64,000 nt of DNA, taken from Azolla caroliniana. Its lineage: Eukaryota > Plantae > Polypodiophyta. Shown one piece after another: positions 27,298-38,427 of this stretch. A model generated the notes under the pieces. That model made no database searches. It was given only the letters and a program-made list of their open reading frames with translations, and had not been told where the DNA came from. Location: positions 20,274,001 to 20,338,000 of the forward strand of contig JBHGNT010000012.1 of NCBI GenBank assembly GCA_043228905.1, given 5' to 3'. The translations under genes were made by a program, and so were the position numbers. Positions within the stretch are counted from its first letter, which is position 1, and each line of letters opens with the position of its first letter.

Positions 27298-29921
27298 TTA
27301 TCGCTCTGGCACCGGTGTTTCCGTCGTTGGTTCCTCCGTCGGAGTTGTTTGTGGCTGACTAACCCCGGCATGTTCCCCCTCCTGTCTTTGCGCCGGCGAC
27401 GGTTCCTCATCACTAAGGTTGACCGTTGTCGTTTTTCGCGCTTTTTCTTCTCGGAGCCGGGATCGCTCATAGCTTTCAAACTGGATTTGAGCCTCCAACC
27501 GATCATCGTCCAGTTGAGCTACGAGCTATCGGACCTGCACCAATTGTTCATCCGCCAGCTCCTCCCTGATGGTGGTGAAGTCCTCCAAGGTCAGCATATA
27601 GCAGTCGTCGCCCTCCTTTCGCCGGTTTTCAACGTCCGCCCTAAGCAATTGGAGTTCCGCGGTATTCTACGCCCATTTTGCCCACCAACGCACACAACTA
27701 TCATCAATCAAGCTTTTGGTTTTAGTGAGCCATGACCGGAGGATGCACTGGATCCGTTCGGCTCCCATCTGTGATTTATTTTCTGCGGCTTGTCGCTCTT
27801 CCTTCAACTACTTGATGATTTGAACCGTGTCCGCCTCCTGCTCCCTATAATGCGACAATTGAGTTTGATAGGTTGTTTGCAACCTTTGTAGTACCATTGT
27901 TGCTCTTTCCTTGTCTTCATGGTTCTGTTTGTGGAGCTCCATCCGGTCATTCGCCGCTTCCTCCAATAGCCTGGAACTTTCCGCTCGTTCTTCGGCGAGT
28001 GCCATTGTGGCCTTATCAACCTCTTGCCAGAGCTCGGCCATCCGTTGTTGATGCTCCGTCTCCAGCTGCTTGTAGTCCCGATGCAAATGATCGAAATCAT
28101 CAGTCTTCTGCTTCAGCCTTTGGTTTATCTGACGGCGCGCGCGGTCCTCCCGGTTCTTCTGTTGCCGGAGCTCTTCCTTCAGCCGCTCAATTTCCGTTTC
28201 CGCCATCCGTCGCAGCTTGTCTTTTTCCTGCAGCACTTTCTCTTTTTCCTCCTTCAGCCGGTTGTAAGCATGATGTCCTTTACGCAGGTTTTCCTCTGCA
28301 TGACGAAGGTTCTCAACAGTCTTTCTTAATTCTTCTTTGGCCGCCTTCTTCAAGTCGCGTTCGCGGCTCCGTAATGCTTCTTGTGCGGCTAGCTCATCTC
28401 GTAATTCCGCACGCTCTTGGGCTTGCGCCGCCTCTTTCTCTGGGACAGTTTGTGTCTCCGGGGTCTTATTCTTCTGTACATCAACCGGAGTCACCGGTGC
28501 TTGGACCTACGTTGCGGTTAAGGCCATTTTGGCCATATCTCCTGTGATATGATCCAAGTCTTGTTCGAGGCACCGGACCCTTGACCGGGCCGTCTCCAGT
28601 TCATCGGTTGTGACGAGCAACCGTTCCGTTTGCGCTCTTTCCTCCGCCTCTATGCATCCGACTACTCCGGAAATTTGGTCTCCTATCCACTGGACCATTG
28701 GCTACCGGTGCACTATTGTTGCGCTTGTATGGAGAGTTGGCTGATGGGTTCACTCGCCGGTGGCTGGTCCCGCCTTTCTGCGTCAAGCTGCGCTTCTGGT
28801 TCTGCCAGCTGACCACTTTGCCGTTCCGGCTCTGAGTGTGTTTCATCTAGTCGCCCGTTGTCTGCTTGTTCTTGGTCGGCTGGGGCGGTTGGCCTTTGTA
28901 TCTCCGGCTCTTGGGTGACGGGCCTTGCCGGTGCAGCCTGTTGTGTCAGGACTTCTGTGACCGGTTCCATCCAAACCGGTTCCGGTGCCTCCCTTGGCGT
29001 GGGTTGCTCAACGTGAGTTGCGGGTGTTCCATCCTTCTGTGGGTCCGAACGTTTCCCGGTTGATTCTGCGGTGCTCTTCACCGGCCGCCGCTTGAGGTGC
29101 TCCGTGGGTTCTTCCTCCATCTCTTCCGCCTGAGTCCCGACATTCATTCTTACCGCCAAGGTGTCTATTTCCTGTTGCGCTAGTCGGTGGAGTGGGCTCT
29201 TCAAGGCCCGTGCCGGTGTCTCCTCATGCGTGTCTGTCGGTCGCTACCGGCCGGCGCGCTCCTTCGCCGCCTTCTCTGCTTCGGTAGTCTTCCCCTTAGT
29301 GGCCTTGGAGGCCAACAGTTGTTGCCGTTTCGAAGCAAGTTTCGGGGTGCCATCCGTTGCTCTTCCCCGCTTCTTGGTTTGGATGGGCTCGACCAATGGC
29401 GTCAACAGGGTGAGCCATTGTGTCACCGCATGCCATACTTTCCGGCCTTCCTTGCCGTCCTTTCCCCTTACTATATCAATGGCCGTACACAGCCCGTCGG
29501 CGATCAGCACCGGCCAATCTACCTTGACCCCTTCGTACGTTGCGATGATCAAGCCTGCTCGGTTTTGAGGCATGACGGGGGGTCGAGGGTACACGTGGCC
29601 GAACTCGTGGAGCACATGGGCAATTTCCCGGAATAGCATATCTTCGCCGCCATGTGTCCTATAGCCCTTGCTGGCTAGAGAGTACTCATCGAAATATTTG
29701 ATGAGTTGCTCGGAGGTAGGATTGTCGATCGTGTAGATACCGCCCTCCGGAAGGCCTATTAACGCATGGATCGCCTCCTCCGTGATCACCTCCGTGTCGA
29801 TTTATTTTATAATCTTCTCGGCCTCCTTGTGTGGTGCTGCCTCCATGATCGTTAAGAAACCCTCCAGACCGTGTTGTCGTAACCATTTCTTGGCGGCTTC
29901 AGACAACGTTTGGCAGTCCAT
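27298..29921 (-). pseudogene. Extra sense ORF between integrase and the 3' LTR; frameshifted, coiled-coil-rich
   Basis: Consecutive ORFs with ends close to the next start: MDCQTLSEAAKKWLRQHGLEGFL.., ITEEAIHALIGLPEGG..VDWPVLIADGL, a Pro/Glu-rich linker, then a long E/K/R/Q heptad region (27808-28698). Confidence 0.65.
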
Positions 29922-30348
29922 CTCTGCGTCGAGGTCGGAGAGCGTTGGAGAGGTTTGATGGTGGGGAGAATGTGAGAGAGAAAGTTCTGAGGGAGGGGGT
30001 TCTTTGTGTGCGAGCTCTCTACGATTTATCTTCACGCGTCGCTCTGCGTCTGTTCTCCTTGGTTTGCGATAGGAGAAGGTCTCAATGCGTGGGGGTTTTT
30101 CTCTCTGCATCTTGGCGCCTTTTTCGAGCCTCCGCATGTGCATGTCGTGTACTATAATAGCATTGCGTGCCATGTGGCGGTGGTTTAATGTCCTATTCAT
30201 AGCTCCTCGTACCTTTTCGACGTGCCTCTTTACTCCACGTGTGCATGGCCGTTTCCACCACTCCTTTCCATGATTTATTTGATTCGCTCCTTTATTCTCT
30301 TCTATTTTTTTCTTTCTTTTTATTATTATTTAAAACTTACTTGTGTGG

Positions 30349-31493
30349 TTAGTTTTTCTCCGGTCTTGTCGGACCTTTGCCCGAAATGTGCAACTTGCCG
30401 GCCTCTTGTCGGTTTGTCGTCGTTCTGCTCTCCTCGGTTGCCGGCTCATGCTCCTCCTTACTGGCTTGGTGGTAGCCGTCGTCTTCACCGGTTGCCGTTA
30501 TGGTTGGCCTGCCGACGTCTAATTCGGTGGCGGCCCTTCGTTCAAATGGGTTCTTAAGCATAGGTCCTTTGTATGGTTTTAATCTAAATCTGTTGACCCA
30601 TTTGCCCAACACTTCTCCGGCAAGTGTCCCCAACTGGTAGGACCCATTGAACTCGCGTGTGATCCAGTACGGTCCGGTCCATCTAAACCGTAGTTTACCT
30701 GGCATTTTGCCCATCCGGGTCTGGAACACGAGTACCGGCTTGCCGGTCCTGAACATTTTTTCGTTTCCCTTCCGGTGCCGATCTACAAATGCTTTCCGTC
30801 TCCGTTGTTCCAATTCCAGGTGCATAATGCTCGCCAGTCGGTGTTCTTCCAGTTCGCACAGAGCCTTTAACCGAATTGCCTCTGATTCCTTTTCGTTCAA
30901 TCGTTCCCGAATCTGAATCCGTAAGCTTGGTACCTGGAACTCGACCGGCATGCCTGCCTCCAATCCGAATGCTAACCGGAATGGTGTTGTTCGGATGCTT
31001 GTTTTGTACGTTGTTCGGTAAGCCCAGAGCGCATTGTGCAGCTTTGTGTCCCAATCTGTCCGATTTTCATTGACGATCTTCCGGAGGATATTCTGGAGTG
31101 TTTTGTTCGTCGACTCAGCTAACCCATTTGCTTGCGGATAGTACAGTGTGCTTCTTTTATGTACTACTGCATAGAACGTCGTCAAACTTTCTACCACCTG
31201 TCCAAGAAAGTGCCCTCCTTGGTCGCTTATCAGTGCCCCCATTTCTGGAATGGTTCTAGTGGTAGGAGTGGCTGGTATGGCATCCGAGCTTGTTCCGTTG
31301 GCTGACCCATTCGTTGGCATAGATCACACTCCTTCACATACCAGACTACATCTTTCAATGTGGTTGGCCACCATAGGCCACTTTGCCATACTTTCCTTGC
31401 CGTCGCATCTCCGGCGACTCCGTAGTGTGCCTACCGTAGTATTACCTCCTTCTCGTCGGTGCACACCGCTCGTCGCCAGATACCATCCGCACC
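30349..31493 (-). pseudogene. Gypsy integrase (internally deleted)
   Basis: GADGIWRRAV; KVWQSGLWWPT..ECDLCQRMG; PFQKWG, then a deletion, then ISDQGGHF..YYPQANGLAESTNK; KLRFRWTGPY. Confidence 0.85.
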
Positions 31494-32760
31494 TAAGTTT
31501 TGTTGATCATACGATCGTCGACAAGGAGTGCGAATGGTGTATCATCGATGCATGGTTTAGAGAGCATGAGAGAGAGAGAGATTAAACCTTCATAACTTAA
31601 ATTACTATAAGGATTAAAACTTAAATATAACTAAAATATCTAAAACTATAATGAGAAAGGGAGAGAGGGCTAGTCATTAGGTATTAAATCAAAAGACAAA
31701 CAAATGTTACTAACAAGTTAAGAGAGAGAGAGAGAGAGAGTGTGTGTGTGTGTGTGATTAAGAGCAAAGCTACTACTAATTATCATTAAGATTAGGAAAG
31801 AAAAGAAATTACATGGGGATATGGTCATGAGCAAACTAGTTTCGCCCACTACGGGGCTCATCAGTGCTAAAATGACCATTAGGGTTGGATAGGTTTATAT
31901 AAGGAATTTTAGGAGAGGGTTTAGAGAAAAGACAATAGAGAGTGGGGGTGTGTGCTTATGGATATGATTTGGAAAGGGGAAGATTTGGAGAAGAAGGAAA
32001 AAGATATTATGAGCTTTAATGTGACAAGGGGGAGGTTTTGGTATAAGAAAATAGAGGTTATAATGTTAAGGAGGAATAAGAGAAGAGAGAGTTAGGATAT
32101 GAAATGTAAAAAGAGGGGAAATATTAAAAGGGGAGTTAAGATTGAGGGGGAAATAAGGAAAATTAGTGAGATGATGAGAAGGGAAGGAAAGAGGAAAGAG
32201 AGAGAGAAAAGAGAGAGAGAGAAATGAGTAGACATAAGGGGAGTGAGTAGATCTACGAGGATCAAGGGTGGGAAAACGAGAGAAAAGTAAGAGAGAGAAA
32301 GAGGGTAGAGAGAGGAGAGAGATGCACGTGTAAACTAGACAAAGCAAGAAAGAGAAAGGAAATAGGAGAGAGGTAAGGGAGAGAGACAAGTGTGGGGAAA
32401 GAGGAAAAAGAAAAAGGGGGAAGGTTATAGATTTAGGAAGAGGATGGGGAGGGGTAGAGTAAGAAAAAGTAGAACATGGGTGAGGGTAGAAAAACAAAAA
32501 TGGAAAGGTGGATAAAATAGGATAGGAAAAGATTTTGAGAGAGAGAAGTGATAGCTTAAGTGTGAGAGAGGAAAAGATTTAGAGAGAGGAGGGGTGGGGG
32601 TAGGGTGTTTAGTTTTTAAGAAATGAGGGGGGGTGTTTAGGGGAGGGGTAGAGTGGTAATAGGAAAAAGTGGGAGGAGGGGTAGAAAGGTAAATTTGAGA
32701 AAGTGAGGGGGAAGGGTAGGAGGGTAATTAAGGGTAATTTAGGAAAAGTAATTTAGGAAG
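31494..32760 (-). mobile_element. 1.27-kb non-coding insert in Gypsy pol, probably a Penelope-like element pLTR fragment
   Basis: The pol frame HFCLLQD breaks at 32761 and resumes as GADGIWRR at 31493. The insert is pyrimidine-rich on the minus strand and contains a TATA box and a hammerhead ribozyme. No TSD is seen. Confidence 0.65.
31821..31879 (-). ncRNA. Minimal type I hammerhead ribozyme
   Basis: Minus strand AUGGUCAU-UUU-AGCA-CUGAUGA-GCCC-CGUAGU-GGGC-GAAAC-UA-GUU^UGCU-C-AUGACCAU. It has an intact core, stem II, extended stem I and a palindromic AACUAGUU stem III. Confidence 0.85.
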
Positions 32761-35219
32761 GTCCTGTAATAAACAGAAGTGCCGGCTCTGTACCGCCAGG
32801 CGTTTTCTCTCATCCCGGTTCATCTCCTCCGGAGGCAATCTGGTACTCAAAAACTGGTGCATATTAGTTAGCCACTTATCTCCTTGTGCCACAGTTTCAT
32901 CTGTTGCCGTTTCCGTGGTGACTCGAAAAAGCTCTGCATCCGGAAACTCGTCCGGTACTCCGTCACCTGTCTCCCCGGAATCTAACCGGCTTAGATAATC
33001 CACATGGAAGGAGAACTTTCTTCCCAATAAATAATGCCTGAATTTTGTTACACTGTAGATCATTCCTAAAGCTTCCCTTTCCGTGGTAGAATAATTTTGT
33101 TTCGCTTGGGATAACTTCCGGTTGGCATAATACACTGGCCGGTACCACCTTGGCTCGGTAAGCTGCATGAGCGCGCTGTCGATTGCGATATCGGAAGCGT
33201 TCACGAACACATGAAACTCTTTACTCCAATCGGGAGGCTGCACTACCAGTGCTTGTGAGAATAACAACTTTAGTGCCCGGTATGCCTTGTCTTCGATGTC
33301 GGTCCATTGGAACGGTGTTCGGTGTACTGCCGCATGCAAAGGTGTAGCTAGGTCTGCCAAATATCGGAGCATACGGCTATGCCAACGAATTTGTCCTAGG
33401 AAACGACTCAATGCCTTTGCCGTTGCCGGGGCCGGTGCTTCCCAGATTGCTTTCACTTTATCCGGATCTACGGCAATGCCTTCCTTGCTTACTATATGCC
33501 CTAGTAGCGTTCCGCTGGACACTCCAAATACACACTTCGCCGGGTTCAGGCTTAGTCGGTACGCCCTACACTTCTCTAGACATAGTTTGAGATGTTGCAA
33601 ATGATCTTCTTCTCTACTATAGACGGCGAAGTCGTCAAGGAACACCTGCATAAAAGCCGGTATGTATTCGCCAAAGATCTCCATGATGATCCGTTGGAAT
33701 GTGGCCGGTGCCGTTTTCAGCCCGAACATCATCACCACCGCAACAAACACTCCCTATTCGGTGACAAAAGCTGTTTTCTCTTGATCCTCAGGGTGCATCC
33801 GGATCTTATTATACCCGCCGAATTCGTCTAAGAAACTGTAGGCTTCATGGTCGGCGACGGCATCCAAAACTCCATCCGTAAACGGAAGTGGAAATGCATC
33901 TGTTACCGTTGACGCATTGAGCTTCCGGTAGTCGACACAAACTCTAATTTTGTTGTTCTTTTTCGGTACGACTACGATCGGGCTCAGCCACGTAGATTTC
34001 TTTACGAGACGGATGAAGCCGACCCTCAGTAATTTGTCGATCTCCTCCTTGACTTTGGCGGCGTAGTTTGGGTTCATCCGGTACCGACGTTGTGCTACCG
34101 GCTTGGCGTCTTTGCTCAGATGTGTCTGGTGCTGATACAACTGAGGATCCAAGCCTCTCATATCCTCGTACAACCAGGCAAAGACGTCGCGAAACTCATC
34201 GAGGAGTGTAATTATTGCTGTTTTGTTCTCTGCATTCATTTCTTTAGCGATGTGCACCGGTTTTGCCTCCTCCGTCGTTCCTAGATTCACCTCTTCTAAT
34301 TGGGACGCTTTTACGCGCTGGGATACAAACATTTCCCTTTCCAATGCCTCCTGCGCATGCCGTAACTCCCGGATTGCTTCTTTATCCGGTTCCGCTTCGG
34401 GCCCTAAACTGGTTGCAGTAAGTAGGGTGATACCGCTTCCGCGGCGTCAATTTCGAATAGGGATACAATCTTCGGGTTCTCCAGCAAGTACTGCTCTTCT
34501 TCTTCGTCTGCTAGTCCCTCTAGCATATTGACACACTCCGCATATAACGGTGTCAGATCCTTGCCGGTGCCCTTCCTTTGTTGTGTTGGTACCCGTACCT
34601 TCGCTTTTCCCCGCCGGAACGTAATCATATTCCTCCTCCAGTTCTGCTTGATATGTGTCGTTTTTAACCAAGGGCGTCCCAACAATAATGGGTACGCTCC
34701 TTGAGCCTGCAACTGGAGAACTACGGCTGAGATTCGGAATGTGTGGCCCCCGATGGTTACTTCCAAATTCCGTATTAATCTTGTCGGTCACACCGAGCTT
34801 GTGTCAGCCATTCGGAGCCAAAACGGACATGGCTCCCACTCTCGGATTCCAAGAGCATCGCATGTCCGGAGGCTGATTACATTAACGTCGGAGCCTCCAT
34901 CTATTATCGTGCCGGAGAGTTCTTTCCCTTGCACAATGGCCGTAATTGCCGGACTGTTGGTGTCCACCATGGCCGGTCCTTCTTCCGGATTTGAGAAGAA
35001 TGTCAGAACCGGTGGTGTTCCGCCTGTCGTCATGCGGGACTTGAGTCCTTCTGTGAATCTTGGTACTAGCTGCAAGAGTCGTCCTACCGGCAGCGTGATC
35101 TGGCATTCCTGCAATACCTGCCATGTCACGTTTTCGGACTGACTGCCGCCGATGAGATCTTTGGTGTTCTCCTTTTGTTGTGCGAGTTTTGCTACGTTTC
35201 GCTCATTTGCCTTTTTCAC
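32761..35219 (-). pseudogene. Gypsy pol: protease, RT, RNase H (disrupted)
   Basis: IIDGGSDVNVI and LLLGRPWL (protease); WLSPIVVVPKK, RVCVDYRKLN, MFGLKTAPATFQ, FLDD (RT); FVNASD, NYSTTEREALG (RNase H). Stops and an internal deletion are present. Confidence 0.9.
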
Positions 35220-35329
35220 CCATTCTGTTGCCTATTTCCGGATGGCCTCTTGTGTCTCCCATTCTGTAGTGTTCCCCTTTGACCTTATGGTGACCTACTG
35301 GAGGTCTGCAACTTCGGCGACTAGCATGT

Positions 35330-36992
35330 TTACTGCCGATCGCTTATCATAGCTTTTTGCCGAACATTGATTACTATAATGTCCTTCTTGCCGGCAGTAA
35401 TAGCAATATGCTTTCCGGGTGTTGCTGGATTCGGCATTGTCTCCTGTACCCGGTGGAGGACTTGTGGTAACCGTGGGGCTCTGGTCTGGTTGGCTGCTTG
35501 AGGCACCTTTTTCCAGTTCACGTGGGTGGCTCCCGTTTTTGAAATGCCATTTTTTATTAAAGTTCTTTTTGTTGCAGTACCCTTGCCGAGGTTGGTCGTC
35601 ATACCTCCCGTAATCTTCCCGTCGTTGGTGATACCCGGGGGAGTGATCCTGGTTGTGATGTTCGTACCATCCATTGTAATCTCAGTACTTGTCGTATCTC
35701 TTGTACCGGTCGTAGTTGTCTCGCCGATTGTCGTACCGAACATCTTGTGCCGGTCGATATTGCTCCTCTCGTTGCCAGCGTTCATCTTCTTCGTCTCGGC
35801 TGCTACATGGCTCGATTTGCCGGACTGGTGGAGCTTGCCGATTCAATAAGTTATATTCACACCGGTCCATCGTGTGGCTCGTAGATTGGCAAAGTAAGCA
35901 GTGCGTCCGCATGGTGCACTCCAGTGACGAGTGTCCGGAATTCAAGCAGGTCGTGCATTGGATTGCTTGCCGGAAACGGAGATCCTCATCGGTTGGTAAT
36001 GCTCGTTGGAGGGCTCCCATTGTTAGCCAAGAGCTCGTTTTCTCCATTTCTCGAACCCGGTCGATGACCTGGTCGACGGTGCTTGTGCGAAAATCAATGA
36101 CTGTGCATACTGTTCGTAGAGGTTCCCGGAGCGCGGCTAAAAATATAGCCCGCATTTCTTCCTTCGGAGGTGCGCGGGTAAGCTGACTGTGCATCCGTTG
36201 AAACCGGATGACAAACTGTGGGATGCTCTCGTCGGGGTCCTGCCGAATTGTGTAAAATAAGCCCACCATTTCTCGCTGATCCACCTCCTTCTGGAAGAAG
36301 TGCAAGAATTTGTCTTTTAGGTCCGCAAAGGTGGTGATGGTGCTGCGATCCTGCGTCCGGTGCCATCTGGCGGCCGGTCCTTCTAATGTCACGCCGAATT
36401 CGGCTATCTTAGATTGTTCCTCTTCTGCCGCGGTTAACCGTTGTGACACATGGTTTGCTTCCCATGTTTGTTCAAATGCGTGAACATGAGCCTCCGCATC
36501 CAGGTCATCCCGATACTTGGAGTATTGGAACGGCATATCGTCGTCCGGTGTCGGTATGCGGCCTGGCGGTGTCGGTGGTCTTTCCTGTTGTTCCGCCGGC
36601 GTCTGAGGTCTTTGCCAGTCTTCCTTTGGTGTTGCCGGCTCGACTTCCAGTGTTGGAGGTTTTTGCCGGTGTACTTCCGTCTCCGGAGGTTGCTCCACGA
36701 CGAGTGCCGGAGGTTCTTGATCTGCCAACTCTAGTTCCGGTGTCGGTAAAGTATCCGACTCCTCGTCCTCCAGTCCTCCTGGGGTGTCGTTATTGTTGCG
36801 ATAGTTCGTATGCGCGCTGTAACCCCCTTCCGAATCTGATTCCAGCACTGAAAATGCTTCGGATTCGCCGTCTCTTCCAGCCAAGGCCTGGAGAAGGGTT
36901 TCCGCTTCCCGGAGGCTGCTTAAGCTGCTTCCTTCGTCCGGGTAGGCGTTTTGTTGCAGACGGAGCAACTCCTCCGCCACTTTCCGGATCAC
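35330..36992 (-). pseudogene. Gypsy gag with zinc knuckles (frameshifted)
   Basis: KYRDDLDAEAHVHAFEQTW; TLEGPAARW; RQDPDESIPQFVIRF; CTTCLNSGHSSLEC and CLLCQSTSHTMDRC; a third knuckle CYYCRQEGHYSNQC near 35400. Confidence 0.85.
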
Positions 36993-37152
36993 TTTGGAAA
37001 ATGATCGATCCGTTCGGATTTCTTCCGCTACTTGCTGGAAAGCCCCTCGTCACCGTCTCCGTTCAGCAAGTCTTCGTGCTCTCTCCGTAACTGGGTCGTC
37101 TGTTGGCCTAGTCATCCATTCCTGCCGCTGTTCATTGTGATAATGCAGGAAT

Positions 37153-37163
37153 CGTGGTCGCCA
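37153..37163 (-). promoter_or_regulatory. Gypsy primer-binding site (likely tRNA-Arg)
   Basis: TGGCGACCACG lies 7 nt after the 5' LTR. It is complementary to ..GTGGTCG-CCA, which I recall as the plant tRNA-Arg(UCG) 3' end; the isoacceptor needs checking. Confidence 0.7.
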
Positions 37164-37170
37164 AAAACTG

Positions 37171-37633
37171 TGTTATTGCTAGGGCCGGACAACAGCCTAA
37201 CACAGGGTGTCCACTTAAGACACGTCACCAAAGGGTGGTACGGCAGAATGAATTACGGCACAACGCTTAATTAGACCTTAATCGATTACTTAGCCATCCG
37301 TAATTAACACACGTAAGATATAACAATAAACACAGAACGGTAATCAACACTTGAAGATTAAGACAATACGCTTTATTAATTATCCGCTCCTGATTACATT
37401 GTAACCGGGCCTTTATATAGGTCTCCGGTGCGAAATACAAAACGGTGCCAAACGGCACCTTTACGGAATCGTTCCGGATCCGGATCGGCATACCGATTCC
37501 GGTCCGTCCGTCCACATCTTCTTATATAATAATATGTATATATTAAGACTACTAATTACAACAGTTCCCGAATAACTATTCCTTTCACACTCCGGTTTGG
37601 ACCTCCTTAAGCCTTCTTCGCCGGCCGGTAACA
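37171..37633 (-). repeat. Gypsy 5' LTR
   Basis: TG..CA termini. The minus strand has CTATATAAAG (about 37411-37420) followed by AATAAA (about 37372-37377), consistent with minus-strand transcription. Confidence 0.95.
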
Positions 37634-37638
37634 CCCAA

Positions 37639-38045
37639 GGGCATCGCACAACTCCTTGATCTTCAAGGTGTAGTTGTTGATTAACATGTTTCTTTGTTGA
37701 ATGTCATTCAACTCCTGACGAAACTAGAGCTTGCGGTCAACTGTATTGGTCGTGAAGATCTTCTTGAGATTGCCCCACGCTTTCTTTCAGTGTTTTCGTC
37801 TCTCGAATAGAGCCGAGCATGTGATCATGTACGCATGATGCAAGGCAATACAACACACGGCTTGCGGCCTACTCCCAAACGGGATAGTCGACATGTGTTG
37901 GGTTGGGCTGCGTTTCGTGAGCTCCTTCAATATAGCTCCAGTATCCTTGTCCGACAAGGTACTGATGCATCTTGTACTCCCAATATGCAAAGTTTGTCAT
38001 GTCGAGCTTCTCCGCAAGAAGAGCACTTTCCATTTGAGTATTCAT
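37639..38045 (-). pseudogene. Copia gag, N-terminal part
   Basis: MNTQMESALLAEKLDMTNFAYWEYKMHQYLVGQGYWSYIEGA is a typical Copia gag start. It is cut by the Gypsy insertion and resumes at 26654. Confidence 0.8.
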
Positions 38046-38136
38046 AATGATTTCTTCTCTGTTTCTTGAACCGGTTCAGTTGATCTTCGGTATGTAGTAC
38101 ACCACAGTCGATTAGTCTTGATCAGAAAACTGCACA

Positions 38137-38147
38137 CTCTGATACCA
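38137..38147 (-). promoter_or_regulatory. Copia primer-binding site (tRNA-iMet)
   Basis: The minus strand reads TGGTATCAGAG directly after the LTR terminal CA. Confidence 0.9.
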
Positions 38148-38184
38148 TGTAAAGAAAGGAGAGTGATTGTATGCAACGAAAGGA

Positions 38185-38218
<34 letters not shown>

Positions 38219-38427
38219 ATGTATGCAACAAAGAGAAAGATTGAGAGAGCTCTTTAACCAAGAGGACTATATATTATCATCCAACAGTAACAAAGTTACA
38301 AATGGTTGGTTTAAATACCAACTAAATTAGGGCAAAGGCCCTTTATACTATTTACAAAACTAGCATGGTATTTCCATGACCTAGTGTGAAACCTATTCCT
38401 ATGGGAAGTTGAGTTCGATTCTCAACA
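38148..38427 (-). repeat. Copia 5' LTR
   Basis: Same termini as 21980-22283; differs by two indels and by (GT)n length. Confidence 0.9.

Larger units (their letters stand above)
26655..37633 (-). mobile_element. Full-length Ty3/Gypsy (non-chromovirus-like) LTR retrotransposon nested in Copia gag
   Basis: 463-bp LTRs at 26655-27117 and 37171-37633, about 19 differences counted by eye. Perfect 5-bp TSD CCCAA (26650-26654 and 37634-37638). Order gag, PR, RT, RH, IN, then an extra 3' ORF. No chromodomain seen. Confidence 0.95.
21980..38427 (-). mobile_element. Full-length degenerate Ty1/Copia LTR retrotransposon, interrupted by a MITE and a Gypsy element
   Basis: TG..CA LTRs at 38148-38427 and 21980-22283; TSD AAAAG/AAAAT; PBS TGGTATCAGAG. 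Domain order gag, PR, IN, RT, RH on the minus strand. Confidence 0.92.

Noticed and set aside
32066-32497. 143-aa F/L/S/P-rich ORF
   Set aside because: A by-product of the pyrimidine-rich low-complexity tract in the insert; no domain signal.
27081-37274. Many long plus-strand ORFs across the Gypsy element
   Set aside because: Antisense shadows of GC-rich minus-strand coding sequence; no motifs. The plus-strand PBS-like site made me test a plus-strand element, but domain order and the TATA-then-AATAAA order both indicate the minus strand.
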